64,000 bases of DNA from a bacterium (GTDB taxonomy: Bacteria > Krumholzibacteriota > Krumholzibacteriia > LZORAL124-64-63). Made by a program: the position numbers and the translations under genes. Positions within the stretch are counted from its first letter, which is position 1; every line of letters starts with the position of its first letter. The stretch spans positions 108,022-172,021 of the forward strand of contig JADJYS010000009.1 in the NCBI GenBank assembly GCA_016719645.1. Reading direction: 5' to 3'. Shown piece after piece: positions 26,908-36,096 of the stretch. The notes under the pieces were generated by a model, which made no database searches, was not told the origin of the DNA, and worked only from the letters and a program-made list of their open reading frames with translations.

Positions 26908-26941
26908 CGCCCGCCCCGGGACGTCCCGGGGCGGGCGTTTT
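26908..26941. terminator. rho-independent terminator between convergent genes
   Basis: CGCCCGCCCCGGG-acgt-CCCGGGGCGGGCG forms a 13-bp perfect stem followed by TTTT. It lies 21 nt after the amidohydrolase stop and also sits downstream of the minus-strand gene ending at 26982. Confidence 0.7.
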
Positions 26942-26981
26942 CATCCATCAAACATCGTGTCGGGGAGGCCGCCGCGCGTCG

Positions 26982-27662
26982 TCAGTGGAGGATCACGCCG
27001 CAGCCGTACAGCGTCCGGCCGTCCAGTTCCATCTCGACGCCCAGGGGATACGGCTCGCCGCTCATGTCGTTGAAGCAAGGCGAGGCCGCGGTGCGCAGGC
27101 GCAGGACGTGGCCGCCGGCTTCGCGCAGGATCGGCGCGCCGTCGCGCAGGCCCTCGACGGGGATCCCCGGGAAGTCCAGCACCAGGGCGCCGTAGTCGGC
27201 CGTCACGCGGGTGCCGCCGGGACCGGTCTGCAGGTGCCAGCCCGGCTCGTCGCCCGAGGCGCGGAAGTGGTAGCCCTCCGCCCAGCACCGCTCCAGGATC
27301 TCCTGCCCGCCCGACACCTCGCAGCCCTCGACGCGCTGCCCGTCCACTTCCAGCCTGATGTCCCGCCCCTTGGTCCACAGCAGGTAGCGGCCGCCGGCGT
27401 ACTTCGCGCCCGAGGCGGCGATCTGCTGCGTCAGTTCCTGCACGCCGTCGGGCGCGTAGAGGAGCGCCCGGGGGGAGCCGGGCTCGTAGTCGGCGAGGTA
27501 GTACCGGTCGACGCCGCCGTAGATGGCGAGCAGGTGCAGGGGGCCGCGCTCAGGGGCCGCGACGTCGGTCCGCGACGTGCAGGGGCCGAAGCCGGGGGCG
27601 CAGGACGCGGCGGTCAGCAGGGCGCAGGGCAGCAGGATCGCTAGGTGGCTGAATCGACGCAT
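26982..27662 (-). CDS. lipoprotein with MliC-like (lysozyme-inhibitor fold) N-domain and a second COG3650-like domain
   Basis: The signal/lipobox is MRRFSHLAILLPCALLTAASCAPG. The MliC-like core is TQQIAASGAKYAGGRYLLWTKGRDIRLEVDGQRVEGC. The second half carries ASGDEPGWHL. Confidence 0.6.
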   Translation of the reverse strand: MRRFSHLAILLPCALLTAASCAPGFGPCTSRTDVAAPERGPLHLLAIYGGVDRYYLADYEPGSPRALLYAPDGVQELTQQIAASGAKYAGGRYLLWTKGRDIRLEVDGQRVEGCEVSGGQEILERCWAEGYHFRASGDEPGWHLQTGPGGTRVTADYGALVLDFPGIPVEGLRDGAPILREAGGHVLRLRTAASPCFNDMSGEPYPLGVEMELDGRTLYGCGVILH

Positions 27663-27873
27663 GGGGAAAGCTCCTGACCGTGAGGTTGGTTCGTACCGGT
27701 GGCAGGATATCCCGGTCCATGGTGCGGGCGCAACTCAGATCATGGGTCGCGTGCGGCTTGATGGATCCTTTCGTACATCCCTGATGTCAGGGATGGGCGT
27801 GATGATTAGTCATAATCGATGCGAGAGGCGCTGGTTCGGCCTCTGATGAACGACGGTCACCATTCACCACGGC

Positions 27874-28903
27874 CTAGAAGCAGGTCGCCACCGAAAAGCG
27901 CGTCCGTCCCGGCGCGTCCCGGCCCTCGTCGGCGTCCGTGGTCGTGCGGGTCCAGGTGTGATCCAGCCGGAAAACCGCGTCTGACGACGGCAGGAAATTC
28001 ACCCCTAAGGTCAGCGCCGATTCACGGTCGGCGTCGACGCCGAGGTCCAGGCCGTCGGCGCGGGCGATCAGGTCGACGGTCGATCCCGCGAGCAGTGCGT
28101 CGTGCAGCGCCCGCCAGTCGAGTTGGGCGTAGGCGCCGCGCCGGCCTGCGCCCTGCTCGGCATCGGCCGTCGCGCGCGCCACCGCGCCCCGCAGCCTCAG
28201 GCCGCCGAACTCGGCTCGGACGTCGAGGGCGGCGATCGACCGGCGCGCACCGTCATCCCCGTTGCACCGGCCCGTGTGGGCCGAGAAGCCCAGGCCCAGG
28301 TGCGGATGCGGGCACACCTCCAGGCGGGCGACCACGGCCTGGGCTGTGCCGCCGTCGTGCGCGTCGTCGCCCACGGTTGCGTTGACCAGGTAGGCCTCGT
28401 AGCCGGCACCGATGTCCCGCCCGAGATCAAGGGCGCCGAAGACGCCCAGTCCCGACTCCCGCTGCGACGAGTGCAGCAGCGAGCCGTCCACCAGCGGCAG
28501 CTCGGTCAGGTCGTCGAGCGGCGATCCGTGGTGGAGGTTGATGCCGCCCAGCGGCGACGGGACGATGCCGCCGCGGAATTGGAGCTCGTCGCGGAACCGG
28601 TAGTCCAGGACCGCGAAGGTCAGCGCGACCTCGCCGTCGCCGCGGCCGCCGGCCAGGCCGTCCTGCGCGAGCTCGATCTCGGCCGCGACGGCCGCACGGT
28701 CGGACAGGCGCGCACAGACGCCGGGGGCGAAGCAGTGCCGGTCGAACGGGCCGACGCTGTCGCGCGACCAGGCGAACTCGTGGACCAGCCGGCCGCCGAG
28801 CTCGAGGTCGACGCCGTCGTGCGGCGGGGCGGGCGCGGGGTCCGCGACGGCCGCGGTGCAGCAACAGATGCCGGCGCAGCAGGCGCGGCCGGGCCCGGGC
28901 CCG
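27874..28903 (-). CDS. outer-membrane porin, paralogue of 30161..31318; 5' end and start codon not resolvable
   Basis: It aligns along its length with the upstream porin: VHEFAWSRD... vs MDHEFEWVEG...; AVLDYRFRDELQFRGGIVPSPLGGINLHH vs AVMDYRFGEGFQFRGGLILSPLGAFNLRH. It ends ...RFSVATCF. In frame, only a partial signal-like segment (RACCAGICCCTAAVADP) follows a G14 tract. There is no ATG, GTG or TTG between the upstream stop (28944) and the barrel. Confidence 0.6.
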
Positions 28904-28917
28904 CCCCCCCCCCCCCC
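28904..28917. repeat. homopolymer C14 (G14 on the coding strand) at the 5' end of the second porin gene
   Basis: Direct read of ccgCCCCCCCCCCCCCCagg. It lies 27 nt downstream (on the minus strand) of the PepSY-TM gene stop. Confidence 0.9.
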
Positions 28918-28943
28918 AGGCGAAAGACGCCGCCGCGCCGGTG

Positions 28944-29582
28944 CTAGCGGCGCCCGTTGCGGCGTCGCCAGGCCAGCAGCCCCGTGACCGCCAGCAGGAT
29001 CGTCGCGGCGGCGGCGACGTCGTTGAAGAGCTTGCCGCGCGGGCCCAGCCACCAGCCGGTGTGCAGCGCGCGCACGCGGTCGGTCGGGGTGGCCGCCGGC
29101 GCGTCGCCCCGCGCGGTCCACGCGCGGCCGCCGTCCGCGCCGGCGAAGAGGCCCCGCGTCGTCCACGCGTAGAGCGCGCCGTCGGGGCCGGCGCCGAGGT
29201 CCCGCACGCGCGCGCCGTCCAGGGGCAGGCCCGGCAGGGATTCCCAGACCCCGCCGCCGTCGCGCGAGACCACCAGGTCGCCGGCGGCGCCCGCGGCCCA
29301 GATCGTGTCGCCCGCGACGGCGACGCCCGCGACGTCCAGCGGCGGCGAGAGCATCGGCACCTCGCGCCACGCGCCGCCCGCGTCCGTCGAGCGCCACAGC
29401 CCCGAAGCGCGCCCCTGCCAGAGCACGCCCGGGCGCACGGGATCGGCGACGACCCGCAGCACGGGGTCGCGGCCGCGATCCAACCAGCGCGGGTTGCCCA
29501 GCAGCAGTCCGCTGGCCGTGACCGCCAGCAGGGGCAGCAGCAGCAGCGCGCCCAGCCAGCGGTGCAGGTGGCGCGCCGGCAT
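28944..29582 (-). CDS. PepSY-TM-like membrane protein with periplasmic BNR/sortilin-type repeats
   Basis: ATG 29582 lies immediately after the FMN-binding gene stop (29585). The N-terminus MPARHLHRWLGALLLLPLLAVTASGLLL and the C-terminus VRALHTGWWLG...ILLAVTGLLAWRRR are the two PepSY_TM helix motifs. Between them are three SxDxGxxW-type repeats: STDAGGAW, SRDGGGVW, GADGGRAW. Confidence 0.7.
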   Translation of the reverse strand: MPARHLHRWLGALLLLPLLAVTASGLLLGNPRWLDRGRDPVLRVVADPVRPGVLWQGRASGLWRSTDAGGAWREVPMLSPPLDVAGVAVAGDTIWAAGAAGDLVVSRDGGGVWESLPGLPLDGARVRDLGAGPDGALYAWTTRGLFAGADGGRAWTARGDAPAATPTDRVRALHTGWWLGPRGKLFNDVAAAATILLAVTGLLAWRRRNGRR

Positions 29583-29584
29583 CT

Positions 29585-30148
29585 TCACGGGGTGCTCCGT
29601 GCGAGAGGGTAGCGCGCGTCCACCAGGGCCAGCACGCGCTTGACCCCCGCGGTCACCGCGCGCGAGGAGTAGGTCGCGCCGGTGACGGCGTCGATGTCGC
29701 GCGTGAGGCGCAGCGGGTCGGCGCGCGACTTGCCCAGGAACTGTTCGAGGAAGCGCTTGCGGCGCACCTCGCCGCCCCGCGACTCGCGGAAGACGAGCAC
29801 GCGCACCGGGCCGACCTCGCGCCCGGCGGTCACCGACACCAGCAGCGTGATCGGTTCGTGCAGCCCGATCTCGTCGGTCGTCACGGCCCAACCCAGGTCG
29901 CGCCCGTCCCGGCGGGCGCGATGGAAGACGATCTCGCCAGGAGGCTGGGGAGCCGCGAGCTGCGCGGCCAGCGCGGCGCGGGCGTCGTCGTCCGGCGTCC
30001 AGTTCTCGGTCCAGGTCGAGTCGGCCCCGGCGAACACCTCGCGCAGGGCCTCGTCGAGCGTCTGGTAGACGTGGTGCTCGGCCGCCGTCGCCGCCGTCGC
30101 TGACATGAAGGCGATGGCGAGCAGCAGGCAGGTGCAGAGCGTGCGCAT
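29585..30148 (-). CDS. extracytoplasmic FMN-binding domain protein (ApbE-flavinylation substrate type)
   Basis: SD AGGAG and signal peptide MRTLCTCLLLAIAFMSATAATAA. The motif IDAVTGATYSS is the (S/T)GA(T/S) covalent-FMN attachment site seen in NqrC/RnfG-type FMN_bind domains. Confidence 0.8.
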   Translation of the reverse strand: MRTLCTCLLLAIAFMSATAATAAEHHVYQTLDEALREVFAGADSTWTENWTPDDDARAALAAQLAAPQPPGEIVFHRARRDGRDLGWAVTTDEIGLHEPITLLVSVTAGREVGPVRVLVFRESRGGEVRRKRFLEQFLGKSRADPLRLTRDIDAVTGATYSSRAVTAGVKRVLALVDARYPLARSTP

Positions 30149-30160
30149 GTGCGTCGACTC

Positions 30161-31318
30161 CTAGAAATAGGTGGCCACGGAGAAGAACAGGCGGCCGGGC
30201 GCCTCGACGCTGTCGCCGGCGCCGCGGGCGGTCGTGCGGGACCAGGCGTAGTCCAGCTTGAAGACCGACTCCTCGGTCGGGCGGAAGTTGACGCCCAGGG
30301 TCAGCGCCGAGGCCTGGTCGCCGTCGACGTCGGTGTCGTAGTCGAGCGCGTCGGCGCGGGCGACCAGGGTGACGACCGAGCCCGGCAGCAACCGGTCGTG
30401 CAGCACGTGCCAGTTGATTTGGCCGTAGGCGCCGCGCTGGCTCTCGGCGAGACCGGGTTCGGCGACGCGGTCGACATCGGCCGCGGCAAAGGCCAGCTCG
30501 CCCAGCAGCTCCAGCGCGCCGAAGACCGCCTGGCCGTCAAGCGCGGCGATCGTCAGGCGCTTCTCGCCGGCGTCGTCGTAGTTGCCGGTGTGCACCGAGG
30601 CGCCGAGGTTCAGTCCCGGTCGCGGGCTCGCGCCCAGGCGGGCGACGAGCGCCTTGTTTCGGTTGTTGTCCTGCTCCTGGCTGCCGCGCCCCGAGCGGAT
30701 GCGCAGCCGCTTGGCGCCGGCGTCGCCGGACAGCACGCCCTCGTCGAAGCCGTTGACCAGGTAGGCTTCGTAGCCCAGGACGAGGTCCTCGTTCGGGTAG
30801 AGCGTGCCGAAGACGCCCATGCCCGACTCGCTCAGCGTCGAGGGGATGAGCTGCCGGTCCACCAGCGGGCGTTCGGCCAGGTCGTTCAGCGGCGTGTCGT
30901 GGCGCAGGTTGAAGGCTCCCAGGGGGGACAGGATCAGGCCGCCGCGGAACTGGAAGCCCTCGCCGAAGCGGTAGTCCATGACCGCGTACTCCAGCTTGAT
31001 CTCGCCCTCGCCGCCGCCGCCGACGAAGCCGCCGTGCTCGAACTCGATCTCGCTCGACACGGTCACGCGGTCGGACACGCGTGCGGTGATGAAGGGCACG
31101 AAGCGGTGCTGGTCGAAGGTGCTGCCGCCGCCTTCGACCCACTCGAATTCGTGGTCCATGTAGCCGCCGAGCATGATGTCGACGCCGCCGCGCGACAGGT
31201 ACGGCTTGTCGCCGATCCCCCCGGGCAGGGCGGGGCGACGGTCCCCGGCGGCGGCCGGGAACGCGACGGCGGTGAGGCCGGCGCAGAGGACGGCGGCCAG
31301 GATCTTCGTGAACGGCAT
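30161..31318 (-). CDS. outer-membrane porin (phosphate-selective porin O/P-like beta-barrel)
   Basis: ATG 31318 follows GGAGG. Signal peptide MPFTKILAAVLCAGLTAVAFPAAAG. The sequence is an alternating beta-strand pattern ending ...RLFFSVATYF. Confidence 0.75.
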   Translation of the reverse strand: MPFTKILAAVLCAGLTAVAFPAAAGDRRPALPGGIGDKPYLSRGGVDIMLGGYMDHEFEWVEGGGSTFDQHRFVPFITARVSDRVTVSSEIEFEHGGFVGGGGEGEIKLEYAVMDYRFGEGFQFRGGLILSPLGAFNLRHDTPLNDLAERPLVDRQLIPSTLSESGMGVFGTLYPNEDLVLGYEAYLVNGFDEGVLSGDAGAKRLRIRSGRGSQEQDNNRNKALVARLGASPRPGLNLGASVHTGNYDDAGEKRLTIAALDGQAVFGALELLGELAFAAADVDRVAEPGLAESQRGAYGQINWHVLHDRLLPGSVVTLVARADALDYDTDVDGDQASALTLGVNFRPTEESVFKLDYAWSRTTARGAGDSVEAPGRLFFSVATYF

Positions 31319-31560
31319 CTTCAACCTCCGAGTGGCCTGGTGGCGGAGATCATGAGAATCGCTCTCATGTCCTCGCACCCAGATCTAGGAGGCGGAATGA
31401 CTACTGTCCAGGAAATTCTTGTTAATACTAAATATTGTTAGTTGAAACTATAAGTATCAATATCGAGGTTGAATGTGGCAATTCAACGGCAAGTATGCCC
31501 GGGCCGCGCGACGGGAACCGCGTGCCGGCACGCGGCTCCCGTCGAGTCCGGCGACGGAAG

Positions 31561-32643
31561 TCATCTCACCAGGTGCATCTTCGTCGCAGCCCGGGCACCG
31601 GGCAGTTGCAACTGAGCCACGTACACTCCCGATGCCGAAGCGCTGCCGTCGGCGCGCCGGCCGTCCCAGGGCACGGCATGGGCGCCGGTCGCCAGCTCGC
31701 CCTCGGCCAGCACCGCGACCAGCGCCCCGGACAGGTCATGGACCGTCAGCCTCACCCGCGCCGGCGCCGCCAGGGCGAAGGTCACGGTCGTCTGCGGGTT
31801 GAAGGGATTGGGATAGCTGCCCAACCGCACGGCCGGCGCGACCGGCAGGTCGCCGGCGCCGGTTGCGCCCGACAGGGCCGTCGAGGCCGCGATCAGGACC
31901 TGGGCGAAGGCGGGGCCGGTCGCCGCGTTGGCCGCGGCGTTGGGGTGGGAATCGCTGCTGCTGTGGCTGCGCTCGTAGGCGTAGCGCAGCCGGTTGGCCG
32001 CCGCCGAGCCGTCGTCGGGCGCGGCCAGCAGGTCGAACAGGTCGAAGGCCACGACGTTCGGGTGGCCGGCCGCGTAGGCGTCCGAGCACAGCCAGTCGGC
32101 GAAGGCGCGCGCCCGCGCCGCCTCGGCCGTGTTGGTGGCCAGGCGGTGGCGCGGCGGCTGGCTCACCACCACGAACACGTGCCCGGGATGCTGGTCGAAC
32201 ACGTCACGCATCTGCAGGTACCATTGCTTGCGCGTGGCGAGCTCGGCGTCGGTCTCGATGTTCGAGGCCGGGTAGCAGGACTTGAAGGCGATGACCTGGT
32301 GGTTCTGCAGGATGGCGTCGCGGGCGCCGTTGGCCGTGGTCCACAGCGCCAGCAGGCCGTCGGGGTCGGTGTTGTCGCCGGGGATCTGGTAGCTCACGCC
32401 GGGTTTGCTGCCGTCGGGCCCGGTCAGGCCGAGCGCGTTGTAGTCGTGGTCCCAGAAGGCGTATGCGGTGCCGTGCTGGGCGTTGTGGGCCGCGATGCAG
32501 TCGCGGACGTCGCCCTCGGCGATGACGTTGCGGCCGGTCGAGTGGTGCAGGAAGAACAGGTTGGTGAGCGTCTCGGCGGCGGCGGCCGTCGCCGCCGGCG
32601 CGATCAGGGCGAGCGTCAGCAGGAGCGTGATCGAGCGTCGCAT
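31561..32643 (-). CDS. secreted protein of unknown function (hydrolase-like fold?) with C-terminal PNPFNP sorting domain
   Basis: ATG 32643 ([23 protein letters not shown]). The body ([13 protein letters not shown]..., [19 protein letters not shown]) is not a family I can name. The last 87 aa are [16 protein letters not shown]...[20 protein letters not shown]...KMHLVR. Confidence 0.7.
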   Translation of the reverse strand: MRRSITLLLTLALIAPAATAAAAETLTNLFFLHHSTGRNVIAEGDVRDCIAAHNAQHGTAYAFWDHDYNALGLTGPDGSKPGVSYQIPGDNTDPDGLLALWTTANGARDAILQNHQVIAFKSCYPASNIETDAELATRKQWYLQMRDVFDQHPGHVFVVVSQPPRHRLATNTAEAARARAFADWLCSDAYAAGHPNVVAFDLFDLLAAPDDGSAAANRLRYAYERSHSSSDSHPNAAANAATGPAFAQVLIAASTALSGATGAGDLPVAPAVRLGSYPNPFNPQTTVTFALAAPARVRLTVHDLSGALVAVLAEGELATGAHAVPWDGRRADGSASASGVYVAQLQLPGARAATKMHLVR

Positions 32644-33158
32644 GGTGCACTCCGTCGGTGGAGGTGGGCGTGAACGGCTCCGCCGCTGGTCTGCAAACGC
32701 GGGTCCAGGGGGCGGACGGCCGCACGGCCCGGAGCCATGGGGCGCGTCCCGACGTGACGCCCCGCCCGCCCCCGCCGCACGAAACACGGCGCTTCGAGTC
32801 CTCGATCCGCCGACCCCGCCGGGATCGTGCAGGATGAAACCGGTTCCGGCGGCAGACCGCACGCCTCGCCGTCCGCCGGATGGCCTGTGCGGATTTCACG
32901 CCCCGCGCCGCAACGTGAACGAGCGTTCGCTGAAAGACGGAACCGAAGAAAACACCGGATTAGCGGCTGTTTTCAGGCGTTCCGCGGCGCAGCCGGCATA
33001 CCGGACTTCCTTGTTCCGAATTGATCGACGCTTGACAGTTCCCGCCGGAACAACCTGTATAGGCAGCAACATGTGCGCGCGGCGGATCGTGCTTCGCTCC
33101 GCCCCGCACCGTCCGCGACAGGGACCATCCGTCACCCTTCGCACGGGGTTGGTGCCCG

Positions 33159-33608
33159 ATGACACAGACGCCCTGCCTGGCCGCCGTCGCGACCGGGCTG
33201 CACGCCGACTACACGACCGTCCTGCTCTTCCTGCTGTTCGGGATCTTCTTCGGGAACCTGGCCCTGGGCATCGCCCGGCTGGTGCGCCCGCGCAAGCCCG
33301 GCGGCGAGAAGGAAGTGACCTACGAGTGCGGCGAGCTGCCGAGCGGCTCCTCCTGGGTGCGCTTCAACATCCGCTTCTACCTGGTGGCGCTGTTCTTCAT
33401 CGTCTTCGACGTCGAGGTCATCTTCCTGTACCCGTGGGCGGTCGTGTTCCGGCCCCTGTCGGAGGCGGCGGGTTCGCTGGTCTTCGTCGAGATGGCGATG
33501 TTCCTGGGCATCCTGGCCCTCGGCCTGGCCTACGTCTGGATCAAGGGCGACCTGGACTGGGTCAAGAGCCTGGCGCGGCGCAACGGCCCGGAGGTGGGAG
33601 GGGAATGA
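33159..33608 (+). CDS. nuoA: NADH-quinone oxidoreductase subunit A
   Basis: The sequence contains YECGELP...[29 protein letters not shown], the classic NuoA/ND3 motif. Confidence 0.9.
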   Translation: MTQTPCLAAVATGLHADYTTVLLFLLFGIFFGNLALGIARLVRPRKPGGEKEVTYECGELPSGSSWVRFNIRFYLVALFFIVFDVEVIFLYPWAVVFRPLSEAAGSLVFVEMAMFLGILALGLAYVWIKGDLDWVKSLARRNGPEVGGE

Positions 33609-34240
33609 CGCAGGACAGGCAGGACTACGTCGAGTCCACCACCCCGCCCGCGGGCTACGACCCGCGCCGCGAGCAGTGCCTGGACTTCCATGTCGAGGAG
33701 GACCTGGCCGCCATGGCCGGGTCCGACGACAAGAACTTCATCCTGACCAAGGTCGACACGCTGTTCGACTGGGCGCGCCTGTCGAGCGTCTGGCCGGTGA
33801 CCTTCGGCCTGGCCTGCTGCGCCATCGAGATGATGGCCGCCTCGGCCACGCGCTACGACATCGACCGCTTCGGCGCCGGCGCCTTCCGCGCCACGCCGCG
33901 CCAGGCGGACCTGATGATCGTCTCGGGCACCGTGACGGCGAAGATGGCCACGCGCCTCAAGCGCATCTACGACCAGATGCCCGAGCCCAAGTGGGTCGTG
34001 GCCATGGGCTCCTGCGCCATCGGCGGCGGCCCGTACTTCAAGTACGGCTACCACGTGGTCAAGGGCGTGGACTTCATCGTGCCGGTGGACGTGTACATCC
34101 CCGGCTGCCCGCCGCGCCCCGAGGTGCTGCTGGACGGGCTGATGCGGCTGCAGGACAAGATCCGGGGCCGCCGGGGCGGGTCCAAGCCGCCGAAGTGGGT
34201 CCTGGACTACGCGGCCAAGATCCCCTACGTCAAACGCTGA
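33605..34240 (+). CDS. nuoB: NADH-quinone oxidoreductase subunit B
   Basis: ATG 33605 overlaps the nuoA stop and lies inside the spurious ORF 32468..34240. The sequence contains [39 protein letters not shown] and IPGCPPRPE, which carry the N2 cluster cysteines. Confidence 0.9.
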   Translation: MTQDRQDYVESTTPPAGYDPRREQCLDFHVEEDLAAMAGSDDKNFILTKVDTLFDWARLSSVWPVTFGLACCAIEMMAASATRYDIDRFGAGAFRATPRQADLMIVSGTVTAKMATRLKRIYDQMPEPKWVVAMGSCAIGGGPYFKYGYHVVKGVDFIVPVDVYIPGCPPRPEVLLDGLMRLQDKIRGRRGGSKPPKWVLDYAAKIPYVKR

Positions 34241-34256
34241 ACGGGACGGGACGACC

Positions 34257-34919
34257 ATGGAAGCGACGGCCATCCACGCGCTGCTGCAGAGCCGGTTCGG
34301 CGACGCCGTGCTGGACTACGTGGACGGGTTCGAGAAGGGCTCGCTGGTCGCGCCGGGGCGCGTCGGCGAGATCGCGGCCTTCCTGCGGGACGACCCGGCG
34401 CTGGGGTTCGAGTCCCTGATGTGCCTGACCGGCCTGGACTGGGACGGCTACGACGCGACGGGCAAGGGCAAGAGCGTCGACATCCTGGGCTACGACGAGC
34501 TGGGCCGGCCCGAGGCCTCCGACCGCGTCGGCGACGGCGACCTGGGCGTGGCCTACGCGCTGTACTCCCCCCGCCACGGCCACAAGCACGCGCTGTACGT
34601 GCGCGTGCCCCGCGCCGCGCCCGAGGTGGCCTCGACGGCCGGGGTCTGGCCGACGGCCGCCTGGCACGAGCGCGAGGCGTGGGACCTGGTCGGGATCCGC
34701 TTCGCGGGCCACCCCGACCTCAAGCGCATCCTGCTGGACGAGGCCTGGGAGGGCCACCCGCTGCGCAAGGACTACGTGATGCCGGGCGCCTGGCAGGGCG
34801 TGCCCCTGGACGGCCGCGACTACGCGGCTTGCAAGTGGGACGAGTCGGGCGTGACGCTGCCCGACGACGTGAAGCGGCAGGATGCGGCAACGGGGCCCGA
34901 GACCGGGAACCAAGGGTAG
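34257..34919 (+). CDS. nuoC: NADH-quinone oxidoreductase subunit C
   Basis: The sequence contains VASTAGVWPTAAWHEREAWDLVGIRFAGHPDLKRILL, the NuoC 30-kDa subunit signature. Gene order also supports the call. Confidence 0.85.
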   Translation: MEATAIHALLQSRFGDAVLDYVDGFEKGSLVAPGRVGEIAAFLRDDPALGFESLMCLTGLDWDGYDATGKGKSVDILGYDELGRPEASDRVGDGDLGVAYALYSPRHGHKHALYVRVPRAAPEVASTAGVWPTAAWHEREAWDLVGIRFAGHPDLKRILLDEAWEGHPLRKDYVMPGAWQGVPLDGRDYAACKWDESGVTLPDDVKRQDAATGPETGNQG

Positions 34920-36092
34920 GTGTCCATGAGCGAGACGGCGACCGGCCGCGGCTGGGCCGCGCAGGACGTGCGGCGGGAGCTGCACTCCGAGCTGCTCGAG
35001 ATCAACATGGGGCCGCAGCACCCGGCCACCCACGGCGTGCTGCGCCTGCTGGTGCGCACCGACGGCGAGATCGTCCACGGCGTCACCGCGCACATCGGCT
35101 ACCTGCACCGCTGCGCCGAGAAGATCGCCGAGGGCTGCGACTGGCGGCAGTGGATGGTCTACACCGACCGCTTCGACTACCTGGCGCCGATCAACATGAA
35201 CTTCGGCTACGCGGTGGCCGTCGAGCGGATGCTGGGCGTCCAGGTCCCCGAGCGGGCCGAGCACATCCGCGTCATCTGCGCCGAGCTGCAGCGCATCGCC
35301 AGCCACCTGATCGCCATCGGCACCTTCGGCCTGGACATGGGCGCCTGGACGCCGCTGCTGTACTGCTTCCGCGAGCGCGAGGAGATCCTGAACATCCTCG
35401 AGCGCCTGTCCGGCGGCCGCATGCTCTACAACTACTTCGACATCGGCGGCCTGCGCTTCGACGCCTACGACGGCTTCGAACGGGACGTCCTGGCCTTCGT
35501 CAACATCATGGAGCAGAAGATCCCCGAGTACGACACCCTGCTGTCGTACAACAAGATCTTCATCGAGCGCACCGCCGACGTGGGCGTCATCGACCTGGCG
35601 ACCTGCCTGGCCTACGGCTGCACCGGGCCGGTGCTGCGCGGCGCCGGCGTCCCCTTCGACTGCCGCAAGGACGACCCCTACTCCATCTACGACCGCTTCG
35701 AGTTCGACATCCCCTACGGCGAGGGGGAGCAGGGCACCGTCGGCGACTGCTGGGACCGCTACATGGTGCGCATGCGCGAGATGTACGAGTCGTGCCGCAT
35801 CATCCGGCAGGCGGTCGACGCCCTGCCCGGCGGCCCGGTCAAGGCCGAGGACCTCAAGAAGCTGGTCAAGGTGCCCCAGGGCTCGCTGTACACGCGCACC
35901 GAGAGCAGCAAGGGCGAGATCGGGTTCCACATCTTCGCCGACGGCGGCAGCAAGCCCTTCCGCACGAAGGTGCGCTCGCCGTCGTTCTCGAACCTCCACG
36001 TGATCGAGAAGGTCGGGCCGGGCATGATGCTCTCCGACCTCGTGGCGACGGTCGGGTCGCTGGACATCGTCCTCGGGGAGATCGACAGGTGA
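34920..36092 (+). CDS. nuoD: NADH-quinone oxidoreductase subunit D
   Basis: The sequence contains LEINMGPQHPATHGVLRL, IGYLHRCAEK, RSPSFSNL and GSLDIVLGEIDR. The start is GTG 34920 or ATG 34926. Confidence 0.92.
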   Translation: MSMSETATGRGWAAQDVRRELHSELLEINMGPQHPATHGVLRLLVRTDGEIVHGVTAHIGYLHRCAEKIAEGCDWRQWMVYTDRFDYLAPINMNFGYAVAVERMLGVQVPERAEHIRVICAELQRIASHLIAIGTFGLDMGAWTPLLYCFREREEILNILERLSGGRMLYNYFDIGGLRFDAYDGFERDVLAFVNIMEQKIPEYDTLLSYNKIFIERTADVGVIDLATCLAYGCTGPVLRGAGVPFDCRKDDPYSIYDRFEFDIPYGEGEQGTVGDCWDRYMVRMREMYESCRIIRQAVDALPGGPVKAEDLKKLVKVPQGSLYTRTESSKGEIGFHIFADGGSKPFRTKVRSPSFSNLHVIEKVGPGMMLSDLVATVGSLDIVLGEIDR

Positions 36093-36096
36093 CGCC

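Noticed and set aside
27776-27795. A perfect 9-bp-arm palindrome CATCCCTGA-tg-TCAGGGATG between the porin operon end and the MliC-like gene start.
   Set aside because: It could be a terminator stem or an operator, but it has no U-tract, no second copy and no identifiable cognate regulator. It is recorded only as a note.
33032-33063. A possible nuo promoter: TTGACA ... TATAGG.
   Set aside because: The spacer is 20 nt, too long for a canonical sigma70 promoter, and the alternative -10 hexamers are poor. It is not supportable from sequence alone.
32468-33604. An N-terminal 379-aa extension of the nuoB ORF and an 89-aa minus ORF (32896..33165) in the 515-bp region upstream of nuoA.
   Set aside because: The extension runs through nuoA in another frame and through non-coding-looking sequence. 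nuoB has a proper ATG at 33605 overlapping the nuoA stop. I found no motifs in the 89-aa ORF.
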